NCBI GenBank assembly: GCA_963707985.1
Contig: CAVPRW010000025.1
Span: forward strand, 128,001-192,000
Reading direction: 5' to 3'
Source of the DNA: an uncultured Nitrospinota bacterium
GTDB taxonomy: Bacteria > Tectomicrobia > Entotheonellia > J063 > CAVPRW01
Length of the DNA: 64,000 nucleotides
How positions within the stretch are numbered: the stretch's first letter is position 1; every line of letters begins with the position of its first letter. Of this stretch, positions 33,448 through 43,998 are shown piece by piece. The position numbers were made by a program, and so were the translations under genes. The notes beneath the pieces are model-generated. The model searched no databases, was not told where the DNA came from, and was given only the letters and a program-made list of their open reading frames with translations.

Positions 33448-33885
33448 ATGGCGACATTAACCCTGGCCTATAAGGTGAGGAGCTATAGTACTGGAACACA
33501 TGGGCGGGCAATCTGTAATGCGCGCAGTCATCATTTCGTCGCCGACGATGCCGGAGGCGAGGAAGTCGGGGCGGGCGAGTTTTTTCTCTCCGGGGTTTCG
33601 GCCTGTGCTGTGAATATGGTGGAACGCCTGGCGAAGGGGCAGCAGATCCCATTGCAGTGGATGGACGTTACCGTTGAAGCGTACCGGGATCCAGACAAAA
33701 CCCCCGGCGAAGTCACCGTCTACGATGCCATTCGCGTCAATATCGAAATGTGGGGGGTCGACAAAGACCAAGCCGATGGCCTCGTCACGACCTGGAAGCA
33801 GCGCTGTCCACTCTATGGTTCTGTAGCCACCGCTACCCCCGATACCACCGTGGACTACGTGTACCATGCCGAGCCCCGTGGATAG
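33448..33885 (+). CDS. OsmC-like protein
   Basis: GEFFLSGVSAC ... RCPLYGS two-Cys pattern. Confidence 0.75.
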   Translation: MATLTLAYKVRSYSTGTHGRAICNARSHHFVADDAGGEEVGAGEFFLSGVSACAVNMVERLAKGQQIPLQWMDVTVEAYRDPDKTPGEVTVYDAIRVNIEMWGVDKDQADGLVTTWKQRCPLYGSVATATPDTTVDYVYHAEPRG

Positions 33886-34025
33886 CAAAGGTAGGAGGCC
33901 AGACCGTCGGCGCTTTTCCTCCACACGGGCATAGCCGTCGCATAGTCGTCAGGGTGAGGGGACGCCGCGCCCCTTACCTCCATGGCAGGCTTGATGAACA
34001 ATGGGAGATATTGGTACTGCGTCCT

Positions 34026-34710
34026 TCACTCTTCCGCTGCTACCTGTGGTTCGCCGAACAGACGGGCCAGTTCCTCAGCCCCCTCACGATCGACGATGGC
34101 CAGGACTTCATCCCCGGCCTGGAATAGCGTGATGCCTCTCGGAATGTGCATCTGCTCCTGGCGAAGAATGGCGGCGATCACCGAATTCGGCGGTAATGGA
34201 AGGTCTTTCAGTGCCACCCCGACGGCATGCGCAGCCTCGTGCACTCTTTCCTGCACCAGGGAGTAGCGTCCACGCCGTAGGCGCAGCAAAATCATCATAT
34301 CGCCCAGCGACATCTCTTCCTCGATCAGGGTGGCCAGGATCTCGGACTGGTTGAGAGCGACGTCGACGTGGAATTTCTGGTCGAATAACCAGGCATTGCG
34401 CGGGTTATTGATGCGAGCAATGGTGCGCGGGACACTATAACGTGTACGTCCCAAAAAGCACAGGACCAGATTCTCGACATCGTTCGACGTACATGCCGCC
34501 AGGACGTCCACCTCTCGAATGCCAGCTTGCTCTAGGACCTCGCGGGTCGGTAGGGATCCCCTCGTAGATCACCTCGGTGGGCAGTTCGCGGTGCAGGCTG
34601 GTCAAGACATCACTCCGATGTTCGACCAAGCGTACCTGATGATTCTGTCTCACGAGCAACGTGGCCAGGTGAGCTGCAGTCAAGCCGCCCCCCGCGATCA
34701 AGATGAACAT
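34026..34710 (-). CDS. trkA: TrkA-family potassium uptake regulator (RCK_N/RCK_C), frameshift near 34540
   Basis: ILIAGGG, RTIARINNPRNAWLF, C-terminal RCK_C GDEVL. Confidence 0.85.
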
Positions 34711-34711
34711 A

Positions 34712-35371
34712 TCAGCCTTTCTGCTGTGCCGCCAGCCAGCGCCGCAACGTCTCGCGACCATCCGGTGCAGAGCTGAGATAGACCACATCGCCCGCTTTAA
34801 GCGGAAGCTCTTGAGCCGAAGGTAGAGACTGTCCTGTGCGCGTGCATGCCACCACGACATAGGGTCCCTTGGGGAGGACATCCCGTAGCATATGCCCCTG
34901 GAGATGTTTCGGAACCACGAACTCATAGAGATCGATCATCCCATCGCTGCTCGTCCACACCTGGCGGACTTCCGCTTCGTCCAACATCTCTTCGATACGC
35001 TGGGCGCCCCAGGTGGTCGAGCTCACGACCTGCAGACCGAAGGCCTCATGCAGTAGTCGCCAGCGCGGGTTGAAGTTGCGCGCCACCACGTGAGGCACGT
35101 GATACACTGTGCGCGCCACATGCGCCACCACAGCATTGAGCGTATCGGAATTCGTCACCGCCGCGAGCGCCTCGGCATGCTCGATGCCGGCGCGATGCAA
35201 CACGTCTTGATTCAACACCTCGCCCTCGACCGTGCGTCCGCGAAACAGAGGATTCAGGTTATCGAACGCGGCAGCGACTTGATCGATGACGGTCACATCG
35301 TGTCCGCGCTGGAACAGTCGGTGCGCCAGTTCCGCACCCAAGCGGCCACAACCGACGACGATGACTTGCAT
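34712..35371 (-). CDS. trkA: TrkA-family potassium uptake regulator
   Basis: VVGCGRLG, AVTNSDTLN, VVARNFNP. Confidence 0.9.
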   Translation of the reverse strand: MQVIVVGCGRLGAELAHRLFQRGHDVTVIDQVAAAFDNLNPLFRGRTVEGEVLNQDVLHRAGIEHAEALAAVTNSDTLNAVVAHVARTVYHVPHVVARNFNPRWRLLHEAFGLQVVSSTTWGAQRIEEMLDEAEVRQVWTSSDGMIDLYEFVVPKHLQGHMLRDVLPKGPYVVVACTRTGQSLPSAQELPLKAGDVVYLSSAPDGRETLRRWLAAQQKG

Positions 35372-35372
35372 G

Positions 35373-36389
35373 TTAGCCTCGAATCAGCCGCGTCTGCGGT
35401 AAGCCAGCGGCGATGTAGACGTCCTGTGGCCCCGGCCCGCCAGCGACGACGATGTGGATGCGCTCTGGCCCTTCCGTCCGCCACACCATACCGTTGGCAC
35501 CACGGCCGGCGGCACGCTCCATGTCGGCGAAATCAGCAGCGAAGTGATTTTCCGGCAATCTGGCCAGGGCCCAGAGTTTCTCCTGGAGGTCCCGTTTGGT
35601 CAATCCGGCCTCATGCAGCGATTGGGCATGATTGACACCGAGAAGCAACAGCGCGCCATCGCCCCCGCCGTACATGGGCGGCATATTGCTGGCAATCTGG
35701 CGCAGAATTTCATCGGGGCCAACCCCCTCACCGCCAGAGATATTGCAATAGTTTGAAGCTTTAAAGACCGTCACCGTGCTCTCGTGCCGGTCGAACCCAC
35801 GCTCGACATGGAAGGGAGTCCAGGGATTTTCTTCCTCGTTTTCTCCGCAGATATAGCCATAGCGCAGCGGTGAGGCAAAGCTCGACTTGGAATAGACACC
35901 CGGCAGAGCCCCCCCGACGTTTTGCAGAATCAGTCGGATGGCCCGCCCGATCGTGGCATTGGCACGCCAACCTGGCCCAAGGCAGCCCGTTCCGGAGTTG
36001 ATGTCCAGTTGCTGTCGGATAGGCCCGTTGATCAGCAGAAAGGGTGTCATCGGGTTGGTGGTCACCTGTATGAACTCCAAGGGAAAGCCCTTATCCGTCA
36101 GACCCTCTAGGGCCGCAATGATCACTGGCATATACTCTGGCCGGCAACCGGCCATCACCGCGTTCACCGCCAGGACCTCCACGGTGGCCCGTCCTTGACG
36201 CGGCTGAATGAGCCCGATGACCTCTTCAGCTGGGCGATTCGCGGCGGCGATGAACCGCTGCACCGCCTCGGGCGTGGCGGGGATGATCGGCAAGCCGTCT
36301 GTCCAACCCTGCTCGTAAGCATGCTCGTAGGCCTGGGTCATCAGCTCCGCAACGGACGCCGACTCAAAGCGCACACTCATTTGCGCCAC
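35373..36389 (-). CDS. Conserved 'TDGLP' protein, partner of UGSC-family proteins
   Basis: GWTDGLPIIP, AVNAVMAGCRPEY, GPGWRANATIGRA, ENEEENPW. Confidence 0.75.
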   Translation of the reverse strand: MAQMSVRFESASVAELMTQAYEHAYEQGWTDGLPIIPATPEAVQRFIAAANRPAEEVIGLIQPRQGRATVEVLAVNAVMAGCRPEYMPVIIAALEGLTDKGFPLEFIQVTTNPMTPFLLINGPIRQQLDINSGTGCLGPGWRANATIGRAIRLILQNVGGALPGVYSKSSFASPLRYGYICGENEEENPWTPFHVERGFDRHESTVTVFKASNYCNISGGEGVGPDEILRQIASNMPPMYGGGDGALLLLGVNHAQSLHEAGLTKRDLQEKLWALARLPENHFAADFADMERAAGRGANGMVWRTEGPERIHIVVAGGPGPQDVYIAAGLPQTRLIRG

Positions 36390-36430
36390 GTTCTCATCCT
36401 CCTCTCTCGCGTTCCATCGCCCATGTGCTT

Positions 36431-37087
36431 TTATACCGGCATGGCAGCGCGCACCACTCCCTGGGGATGAATCTGCGCCGTGGCGACTTTCTCGAGACTA
36501 TGTTGAATTGCCGCGGGAGATTGTGTGAGCCCGAAAATGATCGTTTCAAGCATGGCCTCCGCGCGCTGGCGCAGCGGCGCTTGCTCCAATTGGCGGATGG
36601 GGTTCGGGGTTTCAGCGATGACCACATAGGGGAATCCCTTGGTCGCTGCCAAACGCCGGGCGAAGTTGGTAAAAGTGTTGGTGGTGATCATGACGGTCGG
36701 AATCCCACGCTGCTCGAGTGCGGGCGTGACGTGGCTACACCACGTCGAGCATGAGCCTCAGTCACCAGTGGCGGTGATGACGACGTCGACACGCCTGGCC
36801 AAATCATCGAGGGTACCACCCATGGCATCGATCAACCCACCTGTGCGTTGCGGCAGTTCGCGAGCTGGCTGCTCCATAACCACCGCCTGCACACGATAGT
36901 GCTCTGATAACAGTTGACCCACCGCCTCCAGAAGTTTGACGGCTGAGGGGCGCCAGTTCGGCAGGAGGCCCACGACGCGTCCATCAAGGGTGTCTGGACG
37001 AGGAGCCAATGGTGTACCGGCGGCGCTCTCGTCGAGATAAACCGGGAGCGGCGACAGCATGGTCAGAGTCAGGGACTGTTGGGCCAC
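36431..37087 (-). CDS. UGSC-family selenoprotein (Sec UGA at 36758-36760)
   Basis: ORFs 36758..37207 and 36431..36691 are in one frame: ATGD-U-GSCSTW...LEQRGIPTV; RBS AAGGAGG before GTG 37087. Confidence 0.85.
36728..36746 (-). promoter_or_regulatory. SECIS-like hairpin
   Basis: mRNA GACGUGG-UGUAG-CCACGUC starting 11 nt after UGA. Confidence 0.65.
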
Positions 37088-37232
37088 AGATGCCTCCTTT
37101 GAGAGTCTATGAGACCTTAAGGTGCTACAATAATTCAGCTCCACCCTGGTCCTGACTGCACGCACGGAAGCCTTATTGATGATAAGCCTAGAACCATGGA
37201 TGGTCAAGTATCAACTGGGATAAGAATTTACA

Positions 37233-39188
37233 TCATTCAAGATGAAAAGGTACATCAGTGATCACGATTCCACGTCTGAACAACAGAGCTAGCCGCAACA
37301 TGATCGCCGTCTGGTTGTGTAGGAAGTTCTGCCACCACCGTCCGGGTACGAATTGCGGCACGACGATGGTGATCGTCTCATTCGGTTGGCGTCGTTCAGA
37401 AATTTCGGCAACATACTGCAGGAGAGGCTCAAGGAGCAAGCGATAGGGAGATTCAAGGATCACCAGGCGTACCCCTCCCCCCCACAACTCCCACTTCTGC
37501 CGCACCGCTTCAGCTTCGGCGGGGTCGATCGACACGTGGACGGCGGTAATATCATACGACAACGACCGCGCATAGCGTAAAGCCTCGAGCGTACCACGAT
37601 GGACACCGCTCAGGGGAATGATGACACATTGACGCAAGACGCGCGGTGGCTCGCCATAGCGTTCGAGCGACAATCGGGCGGCAAGTTCCCGGTAGTGACG
37701 ATGGATCCCCGAAAACACCGCAACTAGAATCGGAATCAGCAGGAGGACGATCCAGGCCCCCTCGGTAAATTTGGTCACGGCGAAGACGAGCATGACGATG
37801 GCCGTGCAGGCCGCGCCACAGGCATTGATCACCATCTTCAGCCGCCAGCGCGATTCATAGCGCAGGGTCGACCCTCGTTCCTTGACTTCCTCTCCGATTT
37901 GGAGATGACCAATCTTCCACCACCGGCGCGCCATACCCGTTTGAGATAAGGTGAAGGAGAGAAACACCCCGATGGCGTAGAGGGGGATCAAGCCGCTGAC
38001 GCTGGCATTGAACAGGACAATGAGCAATGAAGCAATGAGCGCTAGGGTCACGATGCCACGAGAGTAGACTAGACGACTCCCACGGTAGGTCAACTGTCGA
38101 GGTAAGAAGCCATCAGCGGCAAGCAGCGCGCTCAGCCGTGGGAAGTCGGCGAATGAGGTATTCGTCGCCATGATCAGAATGACCGTCGTGGCGGCAATGA
38201 CCCCGTGATAGAAGAGGCCTCTGCCGCCAAACACCGTGCGTGCCAGTTGCGAAATCACGGTCTCTGCTTCGGCTGGGATGGCATGGACCTGTCCGGCGAG
38301 AAAAGTGATGCCGAGAAACAGCGTGGCCAGAATCGCCGACATCCAGATCAACGTGATACCAGCATTGTGGCTACGCGGCTCTCGAAACGCCGGAATGCCG
38401 TTGGAGATTGCCTCAACGCCGGTCAGTGCTGTGGTACCGCTGGAAAACGCGTGTAACAGCAGGAACGGCGTCACCCCCGAGGCCACATGTACGAGATCGA
38501 GCTGCGGGGGGTCCATAACTGACCCCAGGCTGCCAATTAGATAGCGCAGGAACCCCACCCCAGTCATTGAGGATATCATGAACAGGAAAAAGTATGTGGG
38601 AATCGCAAACGCCACCCCCGATTCCTTCACCCCACGCAGATTCACCAGCATGACGAACAATATCAACCCGACGGCCAGGTAAACCCGGTAGGGTAAGCAG
38701 GCGGGGAACGCCGAAGCGATCTGTGCCACGCCAGAGGAAACTGACACCGCCACGGTCAGGATGTAATCGATGAGGAGCGCGGCTCCGGCAACCTGCGCCG
38801 CGAAATCTCCCAGATTATCACGGGCCACGATATAGGCACCGCCACCGCCGGGATAGGCGTGAATCGTCTGTTCATACGAAATCGTCACCATCGCCAACAA
38901 ACCGACGATGCACAGTGCTATGGGAAAAGCGTAACCAAAGGCAGCAGTGCCGGCCACCGCTAGGATGAGCAGAATTTCCTGGGTGGCGTATGCCGTCGAG
39001 GACAATGCATCGGAGGCAAACACCGCCAGACCTACGGTTTTTCCAATGGTTTGATGCGCCGCATCGGCGGTGGGAAGGGGGCGCCCGATCAGCCACTTGC
39101 GCCAGAAACCCGGTGGACGATAGGGCGAAGTCCGCCTCAGGACGGTGCTACCGGTCGCTTCGTCGATGTCGACCATAGGCAGATTCAA
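37233..39188 (-). CDS. APC-superfamily permease, KimA/YdaO-like potassium transporter
   Basis: FASDALSSTAY, YPGGGGAY, LTGVEAISNG, FADFPRL, ESPYR, HNQTA; exact start uncertain (ATG 39176 is an alternative). Confidence 0.85.
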   Translation of the reverse strand: MNLPMVDIDEATGSTVLRRTSPYRPPGFWRKWLIGRPLPTADAAHQTIGKTVGLAVFASDALSSTAYATQEILLILAVAGTAAFGYAFPIALCIVGLLAMVTISYEQTIHAYPGGGGAYIVARDNLGDFAAQVAGAALLIDYILTVAVSVSSGVAQIASAFPACLPYRVYLAVGLILFVMLVNLRGVKESGVAFAIPTYFFLFMISSMTGVGFLRYLIGSLGSVMDPPQLDLVHVASGVTPFLLLHAFSSGTTALTGVEAISNGIPAFREPRSHNAGITLIWMSAILATLFLGITFLAGQVHAIPAEAETVISQLARTVFGGRGLFYHGVIAATTVILIMATNTSFADFPRLSALLAADGFLPRQLTYRGSRLVYSRGIVTLALIASLLIVLFNASVSGLIPLYAIGVFLSFTLSQTGMARRWWKIGHLQIGEEVKERGSTLRYESRWRLKMVINACGAACTAIVMLVFAVTKFTEGAWIVLLLIPILVAVFSGIHRHYRELAARLSLERYGEPPRVLRQCVIIPLSGVHRGTLEALRYARSLSYDITAVHVSIDPAEAEAVRQKWELWGGGVRLVILESPYRLLLEPLLQYVAEISERRQPNETITIVVPQFVPGRWWQNFLHNQTAIMLRLALLFRRGIVITDVPFHLE

Positions 39189-39336
39189 TCAGGCAAGGTG
39201 GTGGAGGAGCTCAGGCAATCCGGGGGCAAGAAGCAGTCATTATGACATAAAGATACCGCAACCCGGAAAGATCTGGAGGAGATGTGCTGCGCCCCTCCGC
39301 TCGGGGCTCACAATGGAGTAGAGGAGCGCAGGAGGT

Positions 39337-39552
39337 TCAGTGTGCCGTAGCCGCGAGCTTAGTCACGGTCTTGGCTTGAGGCCCTTTCGGTCCCTGCACG
39401 ATCTCGAATTGTACACGGTCGCCCTCATTCAGCGAGCGGAACCCACTGCCATCGATGGCCGAGTAATGGACGAATACGTCGGCGCCATCGTCTTGGGAAA
39501 TAAACCCATAGCCCTTCTGATCATTGAACCATTTGACGGTACCAGTTGCCAT
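39337..39552 (-). CDS. cspA: Cold-shock protein
   Basis: [34 protein letters not shown]. Confidence 0.95.
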   Translation of the reverse strand: MATGTVKWFNDQKGYGFISQDDGADVFVHYSAIDGSGFRSLNEGDRVQFEIVQGPKGPQAKTVTKLAATAH

Positions 39553-39995
39553 GTGGAACATCCTCCTGACATGGGTGAACGTTATGCAGCCTTGGCTGCC
39601 CGGAGGAGATTGAAAACCGCATTGGCATCTGTGTACCGTTATGCGGTTCCTTTTAATCTCACCGAGATCATGCGTACTGCAGTTGCCTTAGAAACGACGG
39701 CCCAGCCTACCAGCTTCTGCAGGGCTAGTCAAGAGCTTAAGGCAAAAATTTGCATAATGCAAGTCAGGAAAAGGCTGTCAGCCGTTCGCAAATATGCTAG
39801 GTTCACGGACAGGTGCTGGGTCGTCGAGACTCCGCTCGACACCCGAAAGATGCGAGAACGACCACAGTCTCGGCAGGCTACGCCGATCGGTACAGCCTTG
39901 GGGCATGGACGCTGGACTCCAGTGGGCCTCTGATGGCCGTAGCTTGGGTCTTCGTATCGAGTTGGTCTTCTAACCTTTCCGGTGCACGTACGGCT

Positions 39996-41474
39996 ATGGA
40001 CAATCTGGGGCTCACGTGGACAGAGCATAGGCAGCGCGCCCTAGTGGCATTGCAACGGCGACCGCTCCTACAGCGCTTGCTGGGGTTCGCAGAGCAACGC
40101 GGCGTAGAGCTGTATACGGTGGGGGGAGCCCTGCGTGATATTTGCCTGGGACGTCCCGTGTATGATGTGGATGTGGCCATGAGCGGCGATGTCCTGACGT
40201 TTGCCAGGGCATTTGCCAACCACCTGAGAGCAGCCTACGTGCCTATGGATGCCGAGCGGGGTGAGGTCAGAGTGGTCTATCGCAAACGTGATGTCCTCGA
40301 TTTCGCGCGCATCCGTGGCGAGACCATCATCACGGACTTGCAACATCGTGATTTTACCATCAACGCCATGGCCTGCCCATTGGCCGTGCTGTTGACCCAA
40401 GCGAACCCTGTGCTCATCGATCCCCACGGGGGGTGGCGTGACCTCCGAGCGCGCACCGTTCGTATGGTATCCCCTTCGAGCTTTCGCGATGACCCACTGA
40501 GACTACTACGGGCATTTCGTCTGGCGGCGAATCTCGACTTTACTATCGACCCTCCGACACTGACCGCTATGGAGCCGGTGGCACCTCAGCTGGTCGATAT
40601 GGCGGCTGAGCGAATTCATCGCGAGCTATTTAGACTATTTGCGGCGTCGCGATCCAGTCCACACATCGCGACCATGGCCCGCCTCGGTCTGCTCGACATC
40701 CTATTCCCTGAGCTCGCTGCGGTGCCAGGTATGCCTGGCCAGCCGAGCGAGCGCTTGGAAGTCTTGGACCATGCCGTCAGGACTTATCAGGCGGTAGAGG
40801 CCCTCATGAACGACCCTGGTCCGCACTTACAGGCTATCGCCGGGGCCGTCGTCGAGTACTTTCAGGTTGAAGAACGTCAGGCGCTGGTCAAATGGGCGGC
40901 CCTGCTGCACGCGATTTGGGATGCCGGGCTGTCCCAGGATGTGGCAGTGCATCAAGTGACGGCCTTGCCATCTACCGAAGATCATACTCAGCCGTGGGAG
41001 CAGATCGGCAGCCGCCTCAAGCTGAGCCGCAAGCAGATCGATTACGTCAAGACCCTGATCGTTCATTACAGTTCAGTGTTTCAACTGGCTATCCTTGAAG
41101 CTCAGGGACATCTCACGATACGCACCGTGCATCGTTGGTGCAGAGGGGTTGAGGACAGCATGTTGGGGGTGTTTTTACTGGCGATCGGTCATGCTCTGGC
41201 CTGGGGACAAGGGCAAACATCCGAGCCCGGGGCCACTCTTCTGGCTCAGCTTGCGCCACACGTCTGGGACATCTACCGCCATCGCATTTTACCTGTCATC
41301 ACCGCCCCACGACTGCTGACCGGCCATGATTTGCAACAGATCTTTCAGTTGACCCCGGGCCCGCGCTTCAAGGTACTTCTCGACGAGCTAGAAGTAGCTC
41401 AAGTCGAGGGCCATATTCGCACGCGCGCCGAAGCGCTGCAATGGGTGGAGGCACAACTGAGTCACGAATCCTAG
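39996..41474 (+). CDS. CCA-adding/poly(A) polymerase-family nucleotidyltransferase with degenerate HD domain
   Basis: VGGALRD, DVDVA, RDFTINAMA, DDPLRLLRAFR, ERI; LLHA in place of LLHD; start uncertain. Confidence 0.85.
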   Translation: MDNLGLTWTEHRQRALVALQRRPLLQRLLGFAEQRGVELYTVGGALRDICLGRPVYDVDVAMSGDVLTFARAFANHLRAAYVPMDAERGEVRVVYRKRDVLDFARIRGETIITDLQHRDFTINAMACPLAVLLTQANPVLIDPHGGWRDLRARTVRMVSPSSFRDDPLRLLRAFRLAANLDFTIDPPTLTAMEPVAPQLVDMAAERIHRELFRLFAASRSSPHIATMARLGLLDILFPELAAVPGMPGQPSERLEVLDHAVRTYQAVEALMNDPGPHLQAIAGAVVEYFQVEERQALVKWAALLHAIWDAGLSQDVAVHQVTALPSTEDHTQPWEQIGSRLKLSRKQIDYVKTLIVHYSSVFQLAILEAQGHLTIRTVHRWCRGVEDSMLGVFLLAIGHALAWGQGQTSEPGATLLAQLAPHVWDIYRHRILPVITAPRLLTGHDLQQIFQLTPGPRFKVLLDELEVAQVEGHIRTRAEALQWVEAQLSHES

Positions 41475-41766
41475 CGATGGGCTGGCACGGAGCGGCAGCC
41501 TTATCAGTCTGCTTGCTCTGTGATGGGCCAGCCTAGTATACGTGCACAAGCGATGGGGAAGAGCTCCAGAGGCAATCCCAATAAGGTGACCAGCCCAAAT
41601 GCTCCTATCTGATTCTGTCTCCAGAACAGCCTGCGGTAGGATCATCGATGTGGCGTCAGCCGCTCCTCGGCGTGGTCCGTCATGCCGCATCTATGCGCGT
41701 GCAGGGGGGTGAGTCCCCCTTTTTTTGCATCCCCTCCGGTTCGAGAAGGCCCGCCCGTGCAGGAGT

Positions 41767-41829
41767 AGGGAGTTGATCGGACATTATTGGACACGCGGGG
41801 CGTGTTCAATAATGTCCGATCAACTCCCT
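41767..41829. repeat. Long near-perfect inverted repeat (30-bp arms, 3-nt loop)
   Basis: AGGGAGTTGATCGGACATTATTGGACACGC-GGG-GCGTGTTCAATAATGTCCGATCAACTCCCT, one G-T mismatch. Confidence 0.9.
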
Positions 41830-41936
41830 TTGATTTTTGCCCACCCAAGCCGCGCTGCACGGCAGGTTCATGCTCCGTATGCTCATGCTATACTTGAACC
41901 GGATCTTCGCGGAGGCTCCTGTGCTCGGGAGGGAAC

Positions 41937-42155
41937 ATGGATAGGCAGGCTCGCAAGGAACGGATTGAGAACATGATCGCCATGGAGGAAGCCTTCCATA
42001 CCTTTGAGGAGCTGCCGCTGCCGGAGCGGTTTCGAAAACTTGCCGAATGGGCAGAACAGTACCTCTCACCTGCTGAACAGGAATGGCTGTATCTGCAATG
42101 GCAACGAGCCCTGGAACATTCCCTGGAAGAGCCCTCTGGCGAGCCAGCCTGGTAG
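41937..42155 (+). CDS. Small hypothetical protein
   Basis: RBS GGAGG; 72-aa helical-looking ORF. Confidence 0.5.
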   Translation: MDRQARKERIENMIAMEEAFHTFEELPLPERFRKLAEWAEQYLSPAEQEWLYLQWQRALEHSLEEPSGEPAW

Positions 42156-42339
42156 CGGGTTCTTGTCTTCTCAGGAGAGGGGGTGGCAGCCCTCGCACGT
42201 GGCGAGAGCAGATAAAAGGACTGCTTTATGGGTATTGTAACCCCTGCTGGGCATGAGGACAACTGCAGGCCCCCTTTGGTGGTGTTCGCATCATCGCTGT
42301 TGCCTGCGCGGCTTCCGGCGTCTTCCCTGTTCCTAGTCA

Positions 42340-42371
42340 CACGACACCCCTGGCATGCTAGGGGTGTCGTG
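42340..42371. repeat. 32-bp near-perfect palindrome
   Basis: CACGACACCCCTGGCA|TGCTAGGGGTGTCGTG, one mismatch. Confidence 0.8.
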
Positions 42372-42548
42372 CGTCGCTGGGTCTCTCGGCTCCTGAGGTT
42401 TCCCACTCGCAGGGGCCAGAAGCGCCCCACAGCGATAAATGCTCGTCTCAACATTCTGGTTGACGTGGCATCTTTGCTTCGATATGCTCGTGCGAATGCG
42501 ATACACTTGGCCTTCTGACGTCCATAGTAGCTGCAATGGAGCCTACCG

Positions 42549-43499
42549 ATGGACGAAACTTCTCCTTCTGCTCTCCCCACTCAAGACCGATTCCTCGCGC
42601 TCTCCTTGACGGTGCTGTGGATATTCGGCTATGCAATCGGCGTCACACTAGCGAACTCCGATCAGACGGGCGTGATTACCATACAGATCGAGTCCTCTCG
42701 CTCTCAACCTTCTGTGGGGACAGGGCTTTCATTTACGGGTGAAATTAAAAATCTCTCTCGTTCAACGGTCTACTTTTTGCGAACGTCCGTTGTACTGATA
42801 TTACCTCCCGAACTTCAGGGCCCATTCACAAAGAGCGCGACTACATGGTATGGTATCTTTCCCACAGGAGATGATCCCTGGATTATTGCACTAAAAGAAG
42901 GAGATGCATATAGAATAAGTTGGGCTTGGTCTGAGGCGCCTGGGAGTTCATCTATTCCAGAAAATGTCGATGCATCTCCATTCCCCAAAAGTATATTCTA
43001 TCAGATCAAGTCAGAATTACGCTTCCTCCTCTTTACACCGGGTGACTATAAGGTTACCGTTATAGCAAAATATTGGCCAGATCTAGAATCGCTACAAAAA
43101 TCGGAAGATAATTATCGCATCTCGACTCAAAGCGTTGTGGTACATGTCTCTGCTCCCCAGACCGTTATTCTTGTTGGTGCTGCACTTGGAGGATTGGTTG
43201 GCTACTTGATTTTCCCACAAACAAGACGGAGCAATGCTCTTATTAAAATTATCATGTGGGTCCCAGGTCTGATCATCTCGATGTTACTCAGTGCGATTGT
43301 CGCGATTCTGCTTTCTCGAATTTCCGAGACCCAATTTCTCATTCGTGTCACGATTGCTGATTTCTGGGGAGCGGTAGCCATTGGCTTCATAACGCTCTAT
43401 TTTGGCTCAAAAGCTTTAGAACAAATATTGGGGAAGAATTCTCCTCCTCCGAAAGAGACAGGCCCTTCAGACCAAACACCTTCACCCAGCATCCAATGA
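42549..43499 (+). CDS. Hypothetical membrane protein (lower GC)
   Basis: N-terminal hydrophobic segment, beta-rich middle, three C-terminal TM segments. Confidence 0.7.
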   Translation: MDETSPSALPTQDRFLALSLTVLWIFGYAIGVTLANSDQTGVITIQIESSRSQPSVGTGLSFTGEIKNLSRSTVYFLRTSVVLILPPELQGPFTKSATTWYGIFPTGDDPWIIALKEGDAYRISWAWSEAPGSSSIPENVDASPFPKSIFYQIKSELRFLLFTPGDYKVTVIAKYWPDLESLQKSEDNYRISTQSVVVHVSAPQTVILVGAALGGLVGYLIFPQTRRSNALIKIIMWVPGLIISMLLSAIVAILLSRISETQFLIRVTIADFWGAVAIGFITLYFGSKALEQILGKNSPPPKETGPSDQTPSPSIQ

Positions 43500-43998
43500 T
43501 CTAGTACCAATTCGTATGTCATCCACGGACGTGATATAAGACTGTCACTGGACGCACACAACAAGAGAGGGAACCCCACTCCCCCTCCTGTTTGCACACA
43601 ATTGCTACGGCGGCGTTGCCATGCGTCACCCGTGCCTCTATCCTGAGGGTTCCTCCCGACCATGTTCTTGACGATCCCGCACCCGTTTCCATGCTCTTGC
43701 CTTCTGCCGCGCATGCATCATCATGGAGATATGAATCGATTTATCTCGTGGAAATCACTGATAGTTATTGTGGGAGTAGCGGCGGTTGGTGGAGCCGCAT
43801 TCCTGGGCGTGAGGCACACGCACGACGTGCGGGGGGATACTGACGGACAGGCGGAGCTGACGGAGGTATACACCCAGACGGAACCAGGATGTTCATTCCG
43901 GGGGAACACTTCCGACACTCGGCAAACTTGGCCAGGCCCTCAGTTTTGATGGAACTGATGATTATGTGAATATCGCGTTTGCATAGGTGCCCACTTAA

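Noticed and set aside
33448..33885. OsmC-like protein as a fourth selenoprotein
   Set aside because: The RCPLY cysteine is TGT; there is no in-frame UGA.
39190..39335. c-di-AMP (ydaO) riboswitch upstream of the KimA-like gene
   Set aside because: The region is short, partly taken up by the csp downstream hairpin, and lacks a recognisable ydaO consensus.
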